A DNA stretch of 64,000 bases from an uncultured Gammaproteobacteria bacterium (lineage in GTDB: Bacteria; Pseudomonadota; Gammaproteobacteria; UBA6002), in contig CAVPKM010000013.1 in NCBI GenBank assembly GCA_963705725.1, positions 160,001 through 224,000 of the forward strand. The letters run 5' to 3'. Below the pieces are notes generated by a model, which was not told the DNA's origin, did not search any database, and saw only the letters and a list, made by a program, of their open reading frames with translations. Of the stretch, positions 39,598 through 50,447 are shown one piece after another; position 1 is the stretch's first letter, and each line of letters starts with the position of its first letter. The position numbers were made by a program, and so were the translations under genes.

Positions 39598-40236
39598 TTG
39601 ATGTCAAACAAGAACAAAACACGTGAAGAGCCTAAGCTTAACGTTGATGATTTTGAAAAAAAATCCAATTTATACAGTAAGAAATGGCCAAAAGATGAGG
39701 GGGAGATTGAAAACCCGCCAGATGAAAAAGAAGAGTCTGATGAAGAGGTTGTGGGTATTTTAACGCATCCTTCCTACTTGGAATTAGAACAAAAACTGAC
39801 TCAGGCTGAACAAGGATTGACTGATCGTTACAACCAAATATTACAGTTGAAAGCTGAGCAAGAAAATATACGGAGACGTGCTGCACGCGATGTAGAAAAC
39901 AGCCATAAGTATGCACTGGAAAAATTTGCCAATGACCTCTTGCCTGTTGTTGATAGCTTAGATCGGGCGCTTGAGAGCGATGTGAGTGATAATGAATTTG
40001 CTAAGAAAATACATCAGGGTATTGAGCTGACAATGACCTTATTGCTAAAAACTCTTGAAAAATTTGGGATTGAACAAATCAATCCATTAAATGAGAAATT
40101 TAATCCCGAATATCACCAAGCTATTGCAACGAAGGAAGGAGAAGTGCAGTCAGATACGGTTATCGAAGTATTGCAAAAAGGTTACTTGCTTAATGGGCGG
40201 TTAATCCGACCTGCCTTGGTTGTAGTCAGTGCATAG
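39598..40236 (+). CDS. grpE: Nucleotide exchange factor GrpE
   Basis: AEQENIRRR, LLPVVDSLDRAL, QKGYLLNGRLIRPALVVV. Confidence 0.96.
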   Translation: MMSNKNKTREEPKLNVDDFEKKSNLYSKKWPKDEGEIENPPDEKEESDEEVVGILTHPSYLELEQKLTQAEQGLTDRYNQILQLKAEQENIRRRAARDVENSHKYALEKFANDLLPVVDSLDRALESDVSDNEFAKKIHQGIELTMTLLLKTLEKFGIEQINPLNEKFNPEYHQAIATKEGEVQSDTVIEVLQKGYLLNGRLIRPALVVVSA

Positions 40237-40238
40237 CC

Positions 40239-40267
40239 CTTGAAAGTGATTTGTTCATCCCCATTTA
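40239..40267 (+). promoter_or_regulatory. Sigma-32 promoter for dnaK
   Basis: CTTGAAA-N13-CCCCATTTA, matching the consensus. Confidence 0.85.
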
Positions 40268-40306
40268 ACTTATAACGTTTAAATAAAAGACCGGAGATTC
40301 TTAATT

Positions 40307-42253
40307 ATGGCGAAAATTATAGGTATAGACCTTGGTACAACAAACTCCTGTGTAGCAATTAAAGAAGGTGGCAAAGTTCGTGTCATTGAAAATAGTGAAG
40401 GCGATCGAACCACTCCTTCCATTGTTGCTTTTACTAAAGATGGGGAAACCCTTGTCGGTCAATCCGCAAAACGGCAAGCGGTTACTAATCCTCAGAATAC
40501 TTTATATGCAATAAAACGTTTAGTTGGTCGCAAGTTTGACGACGAAGTTGTAAAACGTGATATGGGCATGGTTCCCTATAAAATTATTAGGGCTGATAAT
40601 GGTGACGCTTGGGTGGAAGCAAACAGCAAGAAGTATGCGCCACCGCAAATTTCCGCGCAAATCTTAATGAAAATGAAGAAAACAGCAGAAGATTATCTTG
40701 GTGAAGAAGTGACAGAAGCTGTGATCACTGTGCCAGCCTATTTCAATGACTCGCAACGTCAGGCTACTAAGGATGCAGGCAAAATTGCTGGATTAGAGGT
40801 TAAGCGAATTATCAACGAACCTACTGCAGCGGCATTGGCTTATGGAGCAGATAAGCAGAAGGGTGATAGCATTATTGCTGTCTACGACCTGGGAGGTGGA
40901 ACTTTTGATATCTCTATTATTGAAATTGCGGTAGTAGACGGAGAGCACCAATTTGAAGTTCGTTCAACAAATGGTGATACCTTCCTAGGTGGTGAAGATT
41001 TTGATAAGCGTTTGATTGATTATTTAACCAGTGAGTTTAAAAAAGAACAAGGAATTGACCTCACTAAGGATCCTTTGGCATTACAACGAATAAAAGAAGC
41101 TGCAGAAAAAGCGAAAATTGAGCTTTCCTCATCACAACAAACTGATATTAACTTGCCCTATATCACAGCAGATGCGACTGGACCCAAGCACTTAAGTATC
41201 CGTTTAACAAGATCGAAGCTCGAATCTTTAGTTGAAGATTTGATTGAACGTACAATTGAGCCTTGCAAAATTGCGCTTAAGGATGCAGGTCTCAAAGTAA
41301 ATGAGATTAATGAAGTGATTTTAGTTGGTGGTCAAACTCGTATGCCAAAGGTTCAAGAAGCGGTTAAACACTTCTTTGGTAAAGAGCCACGTCGAGATGT
41401 CAATCCCGATGAAGCGGTGGCAGTGGGTGCGGCTATTCAAGCGGCCGTGTTGGCAGGTGAAGTAAAAGACGTCTTGCTGCTCGATGTCACGCCGCTTTCC
41501 CTCGGGATAGAGACACTGGGTGGAGTCATGACGAAAATCATTGAAAAAAATACCACCATCCCAACGAAAGCTACGCAGGTTTTTTCAACGGCTGATGATA
41601 ACCAAACTGCGGTTACCGTTCATGTGCTACAAGGTGAGCGTGAAATCGCGTCGGCAAATAAATCACTGGGTCGATTTGATTTGTCAGATATTCCTCCTGC
41701 CGCACGTGGTATTCCTCAAATTGAAGTGACGTTCGATATTGATGCCAACGGCATCTTGCATGTATCGGCAAAGGACAAGGCAACGGGTAAGGAACAATCT
41801 ATTGTGATAAAAGCTTCAAGCGGGTTATCTGATGAAGAAGTGGAAAATATGGTGCGGGATGCTGAAAAAAATAAAGAAGCGGATCAAAAATTTCATCAAC
41901 TCGTCGATATTAGAAATAAAGCAGATGGCATGATTCATGCTACGACTAAGACGATGAAGGACCTGGGTGATAAGGTTACGACTGAAGAACGCGAGGGAGC
42001 GGAAAAAGCGATAGAGGCGCTTAAAGACGCAATGAAGACCGACAATAAAGAAGAAATTGAGTCCAAAACACAGCAATTAACTGAAATCTCCTCGAAGATG
42101 GCCGAACGTTTGTACGCAGAAAAAGGTACCGAAGGTGAAGGAGCTTCTGGGGGTAATGCGGGGGCTGAAACCAAAACGGGTACTGATAACAAGCAAGGCG
42201 ACAATGTGGTTGATGCTGAATTTGAAGAAGTCAAAGATGACGACAAGAAGTAA
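40307..42253 (+). CDS. dnaK: Chaperone DnaK
   Basis: [26 protein letters not shown]. Confidence 0.98.
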   Translation: MAKIIGIDLGTTNSCVAIKEGGKVRVIENSEGDRTTPSIVAFTKDGETLVGQSAKRQAVTNPQNTLYAIKRLVGRKFDDEVVKRDMGMVPYKIIRADNGDAWVEANSKKYAPPQISAQILMKMKKTAEDYLGEEVTEAVITVPAYFNDSQRQATKDAGKIAGLEVKRIINEPTAAALAYGADKQKGDSIIAVYDLGGGTFDISIIEIAVVDGEHQFEVRSTNGDTFLGGEDFDKRLIDYLTSEFKKEQGIDLTKDPLALQRIKEAAEKAKIELSSSQQTDINLPYITADATGPKHLSIRLTRSKLESLVEDLIERTIEPCKIALKDAGLKVNEINEVILVGGQTRMPKVQEAVKHFFGKEPRRDVNPDEAVAVGAAIQAAVLAGEVKDVLLLDVTPLSLGIETLGGVMTKIIEKNTTIPTKATQVFSTADDNQTAVTVHVLQGEREIASANKSLGRFDLSDIPPAARGIPQIEVTFDIDANGILHVSAKDKATGKEQSIVIKASSGLSDEEVENMVRDAEKNKEADQKFHQLVDIRNKADGMIHATTKTMKDLGDKVTTEEREGAEKAIEALKDAMKTDNKEEIESKTQQLTEISSKMAERLYAEKGTEGEGASGGNAGAETKTGTDNKQGDNVVDAEFEEVKDDDKK

Positions 42254-42269
42254 ACACCGTTAGGTGATA

Positions 42270-42298
42270 TTTGCAGAGAAGGTTGGCTTCTCTGCAAA
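42270..42298 (+). terminator. Hairpin between dnaK and dnaJ (attenuator or stabiliser)
   Basis: tttgcagagaag-gttgg-cttctctgcaaa. Confidence 0.6.
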
Positions 42299-42328
42299 AA
42301 TGATACAAAGATAATTGGCTGCAGGATT

Positions 42329-43473
42329 ATGACGACAAAAAGAGATTATTACGAAATATTAGAGGTAACACGCAACGCCAGTGAGGCTGATATTAAAAAG
42401 GCTTATCGTAGATTAGCAATGAAATATCATCCTGATAGAAATCCTCCTGATGACAAAGAGTCTGAAGCAAAATTTAAAGAAGCCAAAGAGGCATATGAAA
42501 TTTTATCAGATGGTCGTAAACGTTCTGCCTATGATCAATTTGGACATGCGGGTGTCAATCCGGGTATGGGTGGAGGAGGTCCGCAAGGATTTGATGTTGG
42601 AGACATTTTCGGAGATATCAGCGATATCTTTGGTGATATTTTTGGAGGGGGGGCGGACGATCTCGTGCTCAGCGCGGGTCTGATTTAATTTATAATCTCG
42701 AGCTGTCTCTTGAAGAAGCAGTGCATGGGAAAGCGGTTGAAATTAAAGTTCCTACCTTAATTAATTGTGAAACATGTGCAGGGTCGGGTGCAAAAAAAGG
42801 AACAAGCCCCACTTCTTGCCAAACCTGTAATGGGGTCGGGCAAGTTCGTGCCCAACATGGCTTCTTTACGGTTCAACAAACTTGTCCAGATTGTCATGGG
42901 CGTGGCAAAGTGATTCAACATCCTTGTCCGCATTGCCGAGGTCAGGGTCGAGTGCAACAACATAAAAAATTATCTGTTAAAATTCCTGCCGGGGTCAATA
43001 CCGGGGATCGCATTCGACTAACTGGAGAAGGAGAGGCCGGAGCCTATGGTGCACCATCGGGTGACCTCTATGTACAAGTTCATTTGAAAAAGCATCCCAT
43101 CTTTCTTCGTGATGGTGCGGATTTACACTGCGAAGTTCCAATCGATCTTGTCGTTGCAGCGTTAGGCGGGGAATTAGAAGTTCCCACTTTAGATGGAAAA
43201 ATTTTATTAAAAATTCCAGGTGAAACTCAAAGCGGTAAACTCTTTCGTTTAAAAGGAAAGGGGGTGCCTTCGATGCGACGAGGTCATGGTGCGGGTGATT
43301 TATTTTGTCAAGTTGTAGTTGAAACGCCTGTTAATCTTTCGACCGAACAAAAAGGACTGCTACAGCAATTCGCTGATTCCCTTGCTCAAGGTGGTAATAA
43401 ACATAATCCACGTTCAAAGAGCTGGTTTGATAGCGTAAAACGTTTTTTTGAAGGAGTTCATTCCAAACCTTAG
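42329..43473 (+). CDS. dnaJ: Chaperone DnaJ with a frameshift at the G7 tract 42647-42653 (possible sequencing error)
   Basis: J domain HPD and G/F region; adding one G restores [18 protein letters not shown]. Four CxxCxGxG repeats follow. Confidence 0.9.
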
Positions 43474-43480
43474 GATTTAA

Positions 43481-43530
43481 TAACCGCTCTTAACCAAATT
43501 TTTATTCGAAGATGGCTTAAATCTGAAAGG
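43481..43530. repeat. Degenerate MITE relic
   Basis: aaatttttattcgaagatggcttaaatctgaa matches the MITE internal arm. Confidence 0.5.
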
Positions 43531-43544
43531 TCACCACTTTAATT

Positions 43545-46500
43545 ATGAAAAAATCACAATATCGACTTTTGGGAACTCGACGATTTCTTCCGCTTTTTAT
43601 TACTCAATTTTTTAATGCCTTTAATGATAATGTTTTTAAAAATGGTTTTATCATTTTAATTACTTATCAACTGATACAAAGTGAAAATTCCCAGCAATTT
43701 ATGATTGCCTTAATTGCAGGAATTTTCATTCTGCCATTTTTTTTATTTTCAGCTACAGCGGGTCAGCTGGCGGATAAGTATGAAAAATCTAAAATTATTG
43801 TGGTAATTAAATCCATCGAATTACTTTTTATGATGATTGCTAGCATAGGTTTTTATTTTCATAACTTGCTGTTATTAATGATAACGCTATTTTTTCTCGG
43901 AGCACATTCCACTTTTTTTGGCCCAATTAAATATTCAATCTTACCGGAGCAGCTGAACAATGACGAATTGCTCGGTGGAAATGCATTAATTGAAGCCGGA
44001 ACATTCATTTCAATTTTGATTGGACAAGTTTTAGGTGGCACTTTAATTCTTAAATCTCATGGCGTTTTTTATTTGAGTTTGGCTTTGTTAATGATTGCAA
44101 CGGCGGGTTTAATCGGCAGTCTTTATATTCCCAAAACAAAACGTGCGCAACCTCATCTTCTTATTTCAGCTAATTTTTTTAAAGAAACGAAAAAAATTCT
44201 TAATCTCACCCATCAAAAAAAATCAATTTTTCTAGCTATTTTTGGGATTTCTTGGTTTTGGTTTATTGGCGCAACTTTTATCACGCAATTTCCCACCTTT
44301 ACTAAAGTTTTGCTTTCCGCTACGCCTCAAGTATTTACCCTGATACTCACCTTATTTTCTTTAGGAATTGGAATGGGTTCATTGCTGTGTAACTTATTGC
44401 TGAAAGGAAAAATTTCAACTAAGTACGTTCCCTTGGCGATTTTTGGCATGTCTATTTTCATGGTGGATATTTATTTAGCGAGTGGGCATCTGAATGCAGC
44501 GCCTGCACATCTTTACACCGTTATTGAATTTGTTCATTATTTCTCGCATATTCGTATACTGGTTGACATCCTGTTGTTATCGGTTTGTGGCGGCCTTTAT
44601 ATCGTGCCACTGTATGCTTTTATCCAAAAAAAATCTAATAAAGGCATACGTTCACGTATTATTGCAGGCAATAATATTTATAACGCAATATTTATGGTGA
44701 CTTCTTCATTATATATCATGTTGTTTACCGCCTTTAATTTCAGTATCCCTCAATTATTTCTTTTAAGCGCCATTCTCAATACATTTGTTGCGATTTATTT
44801 AGTTAAACTATTACCGGAGGCCATTTTGCAAACTTGGATTAAATGGCTGTGCAATTTATTTTATCGTGTGGAGGTCAAAGGCATTGAACACTATCATCAG
44901 GCAGGAAAAAGAGTAGTAATTATCGCGAATCATACCTCATTTATTGATGCAATCTTGCTTGCAGCTTTTTTGCCTAATCGTTTGTCATTTGCTGTCAATA
45001 CGCATATTGCAAATAGCAAAAGTTTTCGCTTCATCTCAAATTTAATTGAGATTTTTCCAATTAATCCCAGTAATCCATTTGCGATTAAATCCATCATTAA
45101 AAAACTGAAAGAAAATCGTCGCTTGGTTATTTTTCCTGAAGGTAGGATAACAGTTACCGGTGCCTTGATGAAAATCTATGAAGGACCGGGATTAATTGCA
45201 GATCAAGCGAATGCAAAATTATTGCCAATACGTATTGAAGGCGCTCAGTATACGCCATTTTCTCGTCTCAAAAAGAAAGTTCATATTCGAAAATTTTCAA
45301 AAATTACGCTAACTATTTTACCGCCGCAAGAAATTAATCTTAGTGCGGAAATTAAAGGCAAGGAAAGACGACAGATTTTAGGCGAAAAATTATATCAAAT
45401 AATGAGTAATATGCTTTTTGAAAGTAGTGATTATAAAAAAACATTGATGCAATCTTTAATCGATGCAAGAAAAATTCATTCGGGCAAACATATTATTTTA
45501 GAGGATATCCAGAGAAAACCGATTACCTATAATCAGCTATTGCAATATTGTTTTGTTCTTGCTTCATATTGGAAGACGCGTATTAACGGACCTCATGTTG
45601 GAATTTTATTACCAAACATAGCAAGTAATGTGATTAATTTTTTTTCTTTGAGTGCTATTTCACATATTCCCGTGATGTTAAATTACACCTTTAGCGCACA
45701 AGATATACTTAGTTGCTGCTTAACAAGTAATGTTAAACAAGTCATCACATCAGAAAAATTTATCGATAATGCAAAGCTTTCCCCATTAATCATGTTGCTT
45801 CAGGCTAACGCGATTGAAATTCATTATTTAGAACACCTTAAATTGATTTTTAGGAATAAACTAATAGGATTTTTAAAGTCACGATTTCCAAGCTTTTATT
45901 CCACGCAAAATGGACAAGCGGAAAAACCGGCCGTTGTTCTCTTTACTTCTGGTTCAGAAGGCAAGCCCAAGGGTGTGGTGCTCAGCCATCAAAATATTCA
46001 AGCCAATCGATATCAGCTCAGTGCTAGAATAGATTTTACTGCTCAAGATATTATTTTGAATGCCTTGCCGATGTTCCATTCATTTGGTCTAAGCGCCGGA
46101 ACGCTTTTACCCATTTTATTTGGTATGAGAACATTTCTTTATCCTTCCCCCTTGCACTATAAAATCGTTCCAGAAATAATCTATGACATTAATGCAACCA
46201 TCACCTTTGGGACCGATACTTTTTTGCGCGGTTATGGAAAATTTGCAAATCCTTATGATTTTTATTGTTTGCGTTATGTGCTTGCTGGTGCTGAAAAATT
46301 GCGAGAGGAAACTAGAAATCTTTGGGCTGAAAAATTTGGTATTCGCCTACTTGAGGGATATGGAGCAACAGAAACTTCTCCTGTACTCAGTATGAATACT
46401 CCTATGCATTACCGTATAAATACGGTTGGGCAGTTACTGCCTGGAGTGAGTTATCAAATCCATGCAGTCCCCGACCTTGAACAAGGAGGCAGGTTGTGGG

Positions 46501-46958
46501 TAAAAGGTCCAAATATTATGTTAGGATATTACCAGCATGATTTGCCTGGCCAATTATTGCCGCTAAAAGCAGGCTGGTACGATACGGGCGATATTGTGAC
46601 AATTGACGAGGCAGGATTTCTCAAGATATTAGGAAGGGCAAGGCGATTTGCAAAGATTGGAGGAGAAATGATTTCCCTCACGGCAGTAGAAAATACTATT
46701 CTGACTTGCTGGCCAGACTATTCCCATGCCATTATTGCAGAGCCTGATCCTGTTAAGGGAGAGCAGCTCATTTTATTTACCACTTACGAAGCAGCGACAC
46801 GTCAAGATCTATTAAAACTGTTTCAGCGATTAGGGTTAACCGAATTACAAATGCCAAGAAAAATTATTATTTTGGCAACGATACCGGTTCTAGGAACGGG
46901 TAAGACTCACTATGTAGCCTTAAAAAATTATTATCGTAACTATTTAGCACAGGATTGA
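43545..46958 (+). CDS. aas: MFS(LplT)-acyltransferase-acyl-ACP synthetase fusion (Aas-like)
   Basis: N-terminal MFS (FNDNVFK, GQLADK), PlsC motifs NHTSFID and FPEGR, adenylation motifs FTSGSEGKPKG and EGYGATE. Confidence 0.93.
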   Translation: MKKSQYRLLGTRRFLPLFITQFFNAFNDNVFKNGFIILITYQLIQSENSQQFMIALIAGIFILPFFLFSATAGQLADKYEKSKIIVVIKSIELLFMMIASIGFYFHNLLLLMITLFFLGAHSTFFGPIKYSILPEQLNNDELLGGNALIEAGTFISILIGQVLGGTLILKSHGVFYLSLALLMIATAGLIGSLYIPKTKRAQPHLLISANFFKETKKILNLTHQKKSIFLAIFGISWFWFIGATFITQFPTFTKVLLSATPQVFTLILTLFSLGIGMGSLLCNLLLKGKISTKYVPLAIFGMSIFMVDIYLASGHLNAAPAHLYTVIEFVHYFSHIRILVDILLLSVCGGLYIVPLYAFIQKKSNKGIRSRIIAGNNIYNAIFMVTSSLYIMLFTAFNFSIPQLFLLSAILNTFVAIYLVKLLPEAILQTWIKWLCNLFYRVEVKGIEHYHQAGKRVVIIANHTSFIDAILLAAFLPNRLSFAVNTHIANSKSFRFISNLIEIFPINPSNPFAIKSIIKKLKENRRLVIFPEGRITVTGALMKIYEGPGLIADQANAKLLPIRIEGAQYTPFSRLKKKVHIRKFSKITLTILPPQEINLSAEIKGKERRQILGEKLYQIMSNMLFESSDYKKTLMQSLIDARKIHSGKHIILEDIQRKPITYNQLLQYCFVLASYWKTRINGPHVGILLPNIASNVINFFSLSAISHIPVMLNYTFSAQDILSCCLTSNVKQVITSEKFIDNAKLSPLIMLLQANAIEIHYLEHLKLIFRNKLIGFLKSRFPSFYSTQNGQAEKPAVVLFTSGSEGKPKGVVLSHQNIQANRYQLSARIDFTAQDIILNALPMFHSFGLSAGTLLPILFGMRTFLYPSPLHYKIVPEIIYDINATITFGTDTFLRGYGKFANPYDFYCLRYVLAGAEKLREETRNLWAEKFGIRLLEGYGATETSPVLSMNTPMHYRINTVGQLLPGVSYQIHAVPDLEQGGRLWVKGPNIMLGYYQHDLPGQLLPLKAGWYDTGDIVTIDEAGFLKILGRARRFAKIGGEMISLTAVENTILTCWPDYSHAIIAEPDPVKGEQLILFTTYEAATRQDLLKLFQRLGLTELQMPRKIIILATIPVLGTGKTHYVALKNYYRNYLAQD

Positions 46959-47107
46959 AACGTTCATATTTTGCCACCTTCGAACAAAAAATTTAATTAA
47001 AACTGCTCACATACTTATGTATGCTCCGCTTTTTAATTAAATTTTTTGTTCGAATCTGGCTAAAATCTGAACGTTTAGCGACTTCTAGCGCCTCTGCTAA
47101 ATAGTTA
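46936..47107 (-). mobile_element. Palindromic MITE, copy 2 (reverse orientation)
   Basis: Reverse complement of copies 1 and 3; supplies the aas stop codon. Confidence 0.85.
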
Positions 47108-47157
47108 AAAAATTATTATCGTAACTATTCAGCACAGCTTATTAAAGGAGAATGTTC

Positions 47158-48165
47158 ATGAAACAAGAATTAGCAACAACGATTAATGATATTGTCAAGC
47201 AAGGCAAAGGGATCCTAGCCGCTGATGAAAGTACAGCCACGATCACTAAACGTTTTCAATCGATTGATGTTGAATCCAATGAAGAAAATCGTCGTGTCTA
47301 TCGCGAGTTACTTTTTAGTACGCCAAATATTCATGATTATATTTCAGGTGTCATTCTTTATGAAGAAACATTAAATCAAAAAACAAAAAGTGGAATCCCT
47401 TTCCCTAAATTGCTACAACAATGTGGAATTGTTCCAGGCATTAAGGTTGATAAAGGAATCATTCCTTTACCTGGTTCTCCAGAAGAAAACATTACCCAAG
47501 GATTAGATAATCTTGGTGAAAAACTAAAAAATTATAAAGCGCTAGGCGCTCGCTTTGCTAAATGGCGAGCAGTTATTCCAGTTACGCCATTATTACCAAC
47601 GAATTATGGCATCCATGCTAATGCGGAAGCGCTTGCTCGTTATGCGGCTATTTGTCAGGCCGAGGGTATCGTACCTATTGTGGAACCTGAAGTATTAATG
47701 GAAGGGGATCACTCCATCGAGCGCTGTGAAGAGGTAACAGAAAAAGTATTGCGAGCGGTGTTTGATGCGCTTCATTTAAATAGAGTTCAAACAGAATACA
47801 TCATTCTTAAACCAAATATGGTGGTTCCGGGTATCAAGCACCACTCTCAAGCCAGTGTTGAACAAGTCGCCGAGGCTACGTTGCGGGTATTGCGACGAAC
47901 TGTCCCGGTATCTGTCCCAAGTATCAATTTCCTTTCAGGTGGCCAAGGTGATGAACTGGCTACTGCTCATCTCAATCAAATGAATCAATTTCCCCACCCT
48001 TGGTATTTAAGTTTCTCTTATGGTAGGGCATTGCAGGCACCTGCGCTAAAAGCTTGGGGAGGAAAGGATCAAAATATTATTACAGCTCAAACTGCCTTGC
48101 TAAAGCGCGCTAAATTGAATGGTGTAGCAACAGATGGGAAATATTCGATGAGCTTAGAGGCTTAA
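47158..48165 (+). CDS. fba: Fructose-bisphosphate aldolase class I
   Basis: GKGILAADES, IKVDKG, FAKWR, PIVEPE, LKPNMV, FSYGRALQ; AAGGAG RBS before ATG 47158. Confidence 0.95.
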   Translation: MKQELATTINDIVKQGKGILAADESTATITKRFQSIDVESNEENRRVYRELLFSTPNIHDYISGVILYEETLNQKTKSGIPFPKLLQQCGIVPGIKVDKGIIPLPGSPEENITQGLDNLGEKLKNYKALGARFAKWRAVIPVTPLLPTNYGIHANAEALARYAAICQAEGIVPIVEPEVLMEGDHSIERCEEVTEKVLRAVFDALHLNRVQTEYIILKPNMVVPGIKHHSQASVEQVAEATLRVLRRTVPVSVPSINFLSGGQGDELATAHLNQMNQFPHPWYLSFSYGRALQAPALKAWGGKDQNIITAQTALLKRAKLNGVATDGKYSMSLEA

Positions 48166-48245
48166 TTTTTAATTTCTAGTGACATATTCGATGGCTACTT
48201 TCTTCGTGAATGAATTTTACATTTACAATTTGATTAACTTAATAA

Positions 48246-48419
48246 GTAACTATTCAGCACAAATGCTAGAAGTCGCTAAACGTTCAGATTTTAGCCAGAT
48301 TCGGACAAACAAATTTAATTAATAGCGGAGCAATACTCAAGTATATGAGCAGTTTTAATTAAATTTTTTGTTCGAAGATGGCAAAATATGGACCTTTCAA
48401 CCCTGTGCTAAATAGTTAC
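48246..48419 (+). mobile_element. Palindromic MITE, copy 3
   Basis: gtaactattcagcac...gtgctaaatagttac TIRs, flanked by ttaataa/ctaataa. Confidence 0.88.
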
Positions 48420-50020
48420 CTAATAAATTTCGGAGAAAAACTTGATAGATCCGTTTGAATTTTCTGAAACCGAATTTGAGGCTTTATTCCAGCCGCTTAG
48501 TCTTCCAAAAAGAGCAAATAAAGCGTTTGCAGACCAAGATCCTGATCATTTTTATACTGATTTTATGGAAATATGCAAAAAAGGGTTTTTTGAACCTAAA
48601 TATGATGCTTGGGGAATAAGGCAACTGTATCTTTCGGAAGGAGTACCGTTGTTACAAATAAAAGCATTCGATTCTTTTATAAAGAATATTCAAAAAAGCA
48701 TCGAGTTATTCGAAGAATTATATTCTTTTTTTAAAGAAAATGCAGATAGGGTAAAGCCTTATCTCATCCTAAACAAAAGTGCTAACCTGCTTGTGTTAAA
48801 ATTGTTGGATGAGATAATTTCAAAACTCACAGGTTATGTTTGGTGGAAAAAAGATTATCTACAATCGATACGTTTAGGAGAATTACAGCTTAAATTTGAC
48901 TCCTTGCTGCATACTCGATGCATACTAATCGAAGGTAAAAAACTTTCCCCATTACTTTTATGGGAAAGCCTAGGGGCCATTTGTATGCATTTGGCAGATG
49001 CTTATTTAAAAATAGATTCTTATGATCAAGCTAAAAAATATGTTCAATGGTTTAAAAAACTACAACATGCTTACCCAAGCAATGCTAATAGTGAATATCG
49101 GCAGGTACATAAACGCCAATATTATGAACTGCGATTACAGTTAGCGCTTAAAGAAGATAATTTCAATCAAGCAATTGACTATGGATTAAAAGCTAATTAT
49201 GCAAATGAAGCCTTTGTTGATTCTTGCCAGCAGCCTAGTATCATTTGTGCTCAATTATTTGAAAGTATCATGTTTACGCATTTCAGACAAAATAAATTAA
49301 AGCCCGGACTTTTTTGGGCAAAATTAGCTAAAGATTCACATGAGCAAAATGTAACCTTTTGTGAGAATGTTATTTTCGAACGTCTCAAATACCCTATCAA
49401 TGTTGATATAAGCCAAGCAGAATTTCATAGAAAAAAAATTAATTTTTTCCGAACCATTATTTATCAGAAAAAAAATACGCTTATCAATGAAAATATTCAG
49501 AATTTGCAAACGCTTTTTACAGAAGCGCAATTGGAGGTAACGGTTCATTTTAAAAAAAGTGAAAAGTTAGGGAATTCTTATTTAACTATTGAATTTCCTC
49601 TTAATAATCATCTTTGGTTACTTGCTAAATCTTTTAAAAAATATGGAATAATTTGTTTATACGATAATAGAGAAACGCTTTATATCTACAATCTCGCTCA
49701 TTTAGATTTAGACGCTATTAATTCAGCAATGATGAATTGGAATAACGAGCTAGAAAAAATTGAAGAAAGGCAATTAGCTGAAAGTGCCTTAAGAGAACAA
49801 GGCCCAATTACACTTGAACCGATTGGTTTGCATGCTAATGTTATTCAAGAAATAAATCATCGTCCGGATAGAAGAGAAACTAAAGGGGTAGGTCATGAAG
49901 AACCGCAAGAGATAGCTAATGTTAATGCGCTTCCTCATCCTGTGGGAACTAAAGTAATTGATTGGGGTTTGAATCATCCTAAGTATGAAAAAAATAATAG
50001 TGAAAGTTTGGTTTACAAAA

Positions 50021-50444
50021 GGTAGCGTAAATAATTTTGTGTAAGCAGGTTGAGTCAGCAGATTTTTTGCTACCGAATTCCAGATAGCGAAATTAAAATA
50101 ACAAAAATTTTTTAAATAAACAAATAAAATTATTGTGCCTGTGGGTATGTGCGCAATACTGACGAGTGCAACGAGTCAGTTTGTGCATATATCCACAGGC
50201 GATCGAAGGCACAAAATTTTAAATCAGTTCTTGGTAGCGTAAATAATTTTGTGTAAGCAGGTTGAGTCAGCAGATTTTTTGCTACCGAATTCCAGATAGC
50301 GAAATTAAAATAACAAAAATTTTTTAAATAAACAAATAAAATTATTGTGCCTGTGGGTATGTGCGCAATACTGACGAGTGCAACGAGTCAGTTTGTGCAT
50401 ATATCCACAGGCGATCGAAGGCACAAAATTTTAAATCAGTTCTT
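50021..50444. repeat. Tandem duplication, 2 x 212 bp, including the IS terminus
   Basis: 50021-50232 equals 50233-50444; each unit carries the hairpin gcctgtgg...ccacaggc. Confidence 0.95.
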
Positions 50445-50447
50445 AAA

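Noticed and set aside
43545-46958. MFS-acyltransferase-synthetase triple fusion as a novelty
   Set aside because: This Aas/LplT fusion architecture is already known in many proteobacteria.
50021-50444. CRISPR array
   Set aside because: Only two long identical units, no unique spacers and no cas genes; the unit is an IS end.
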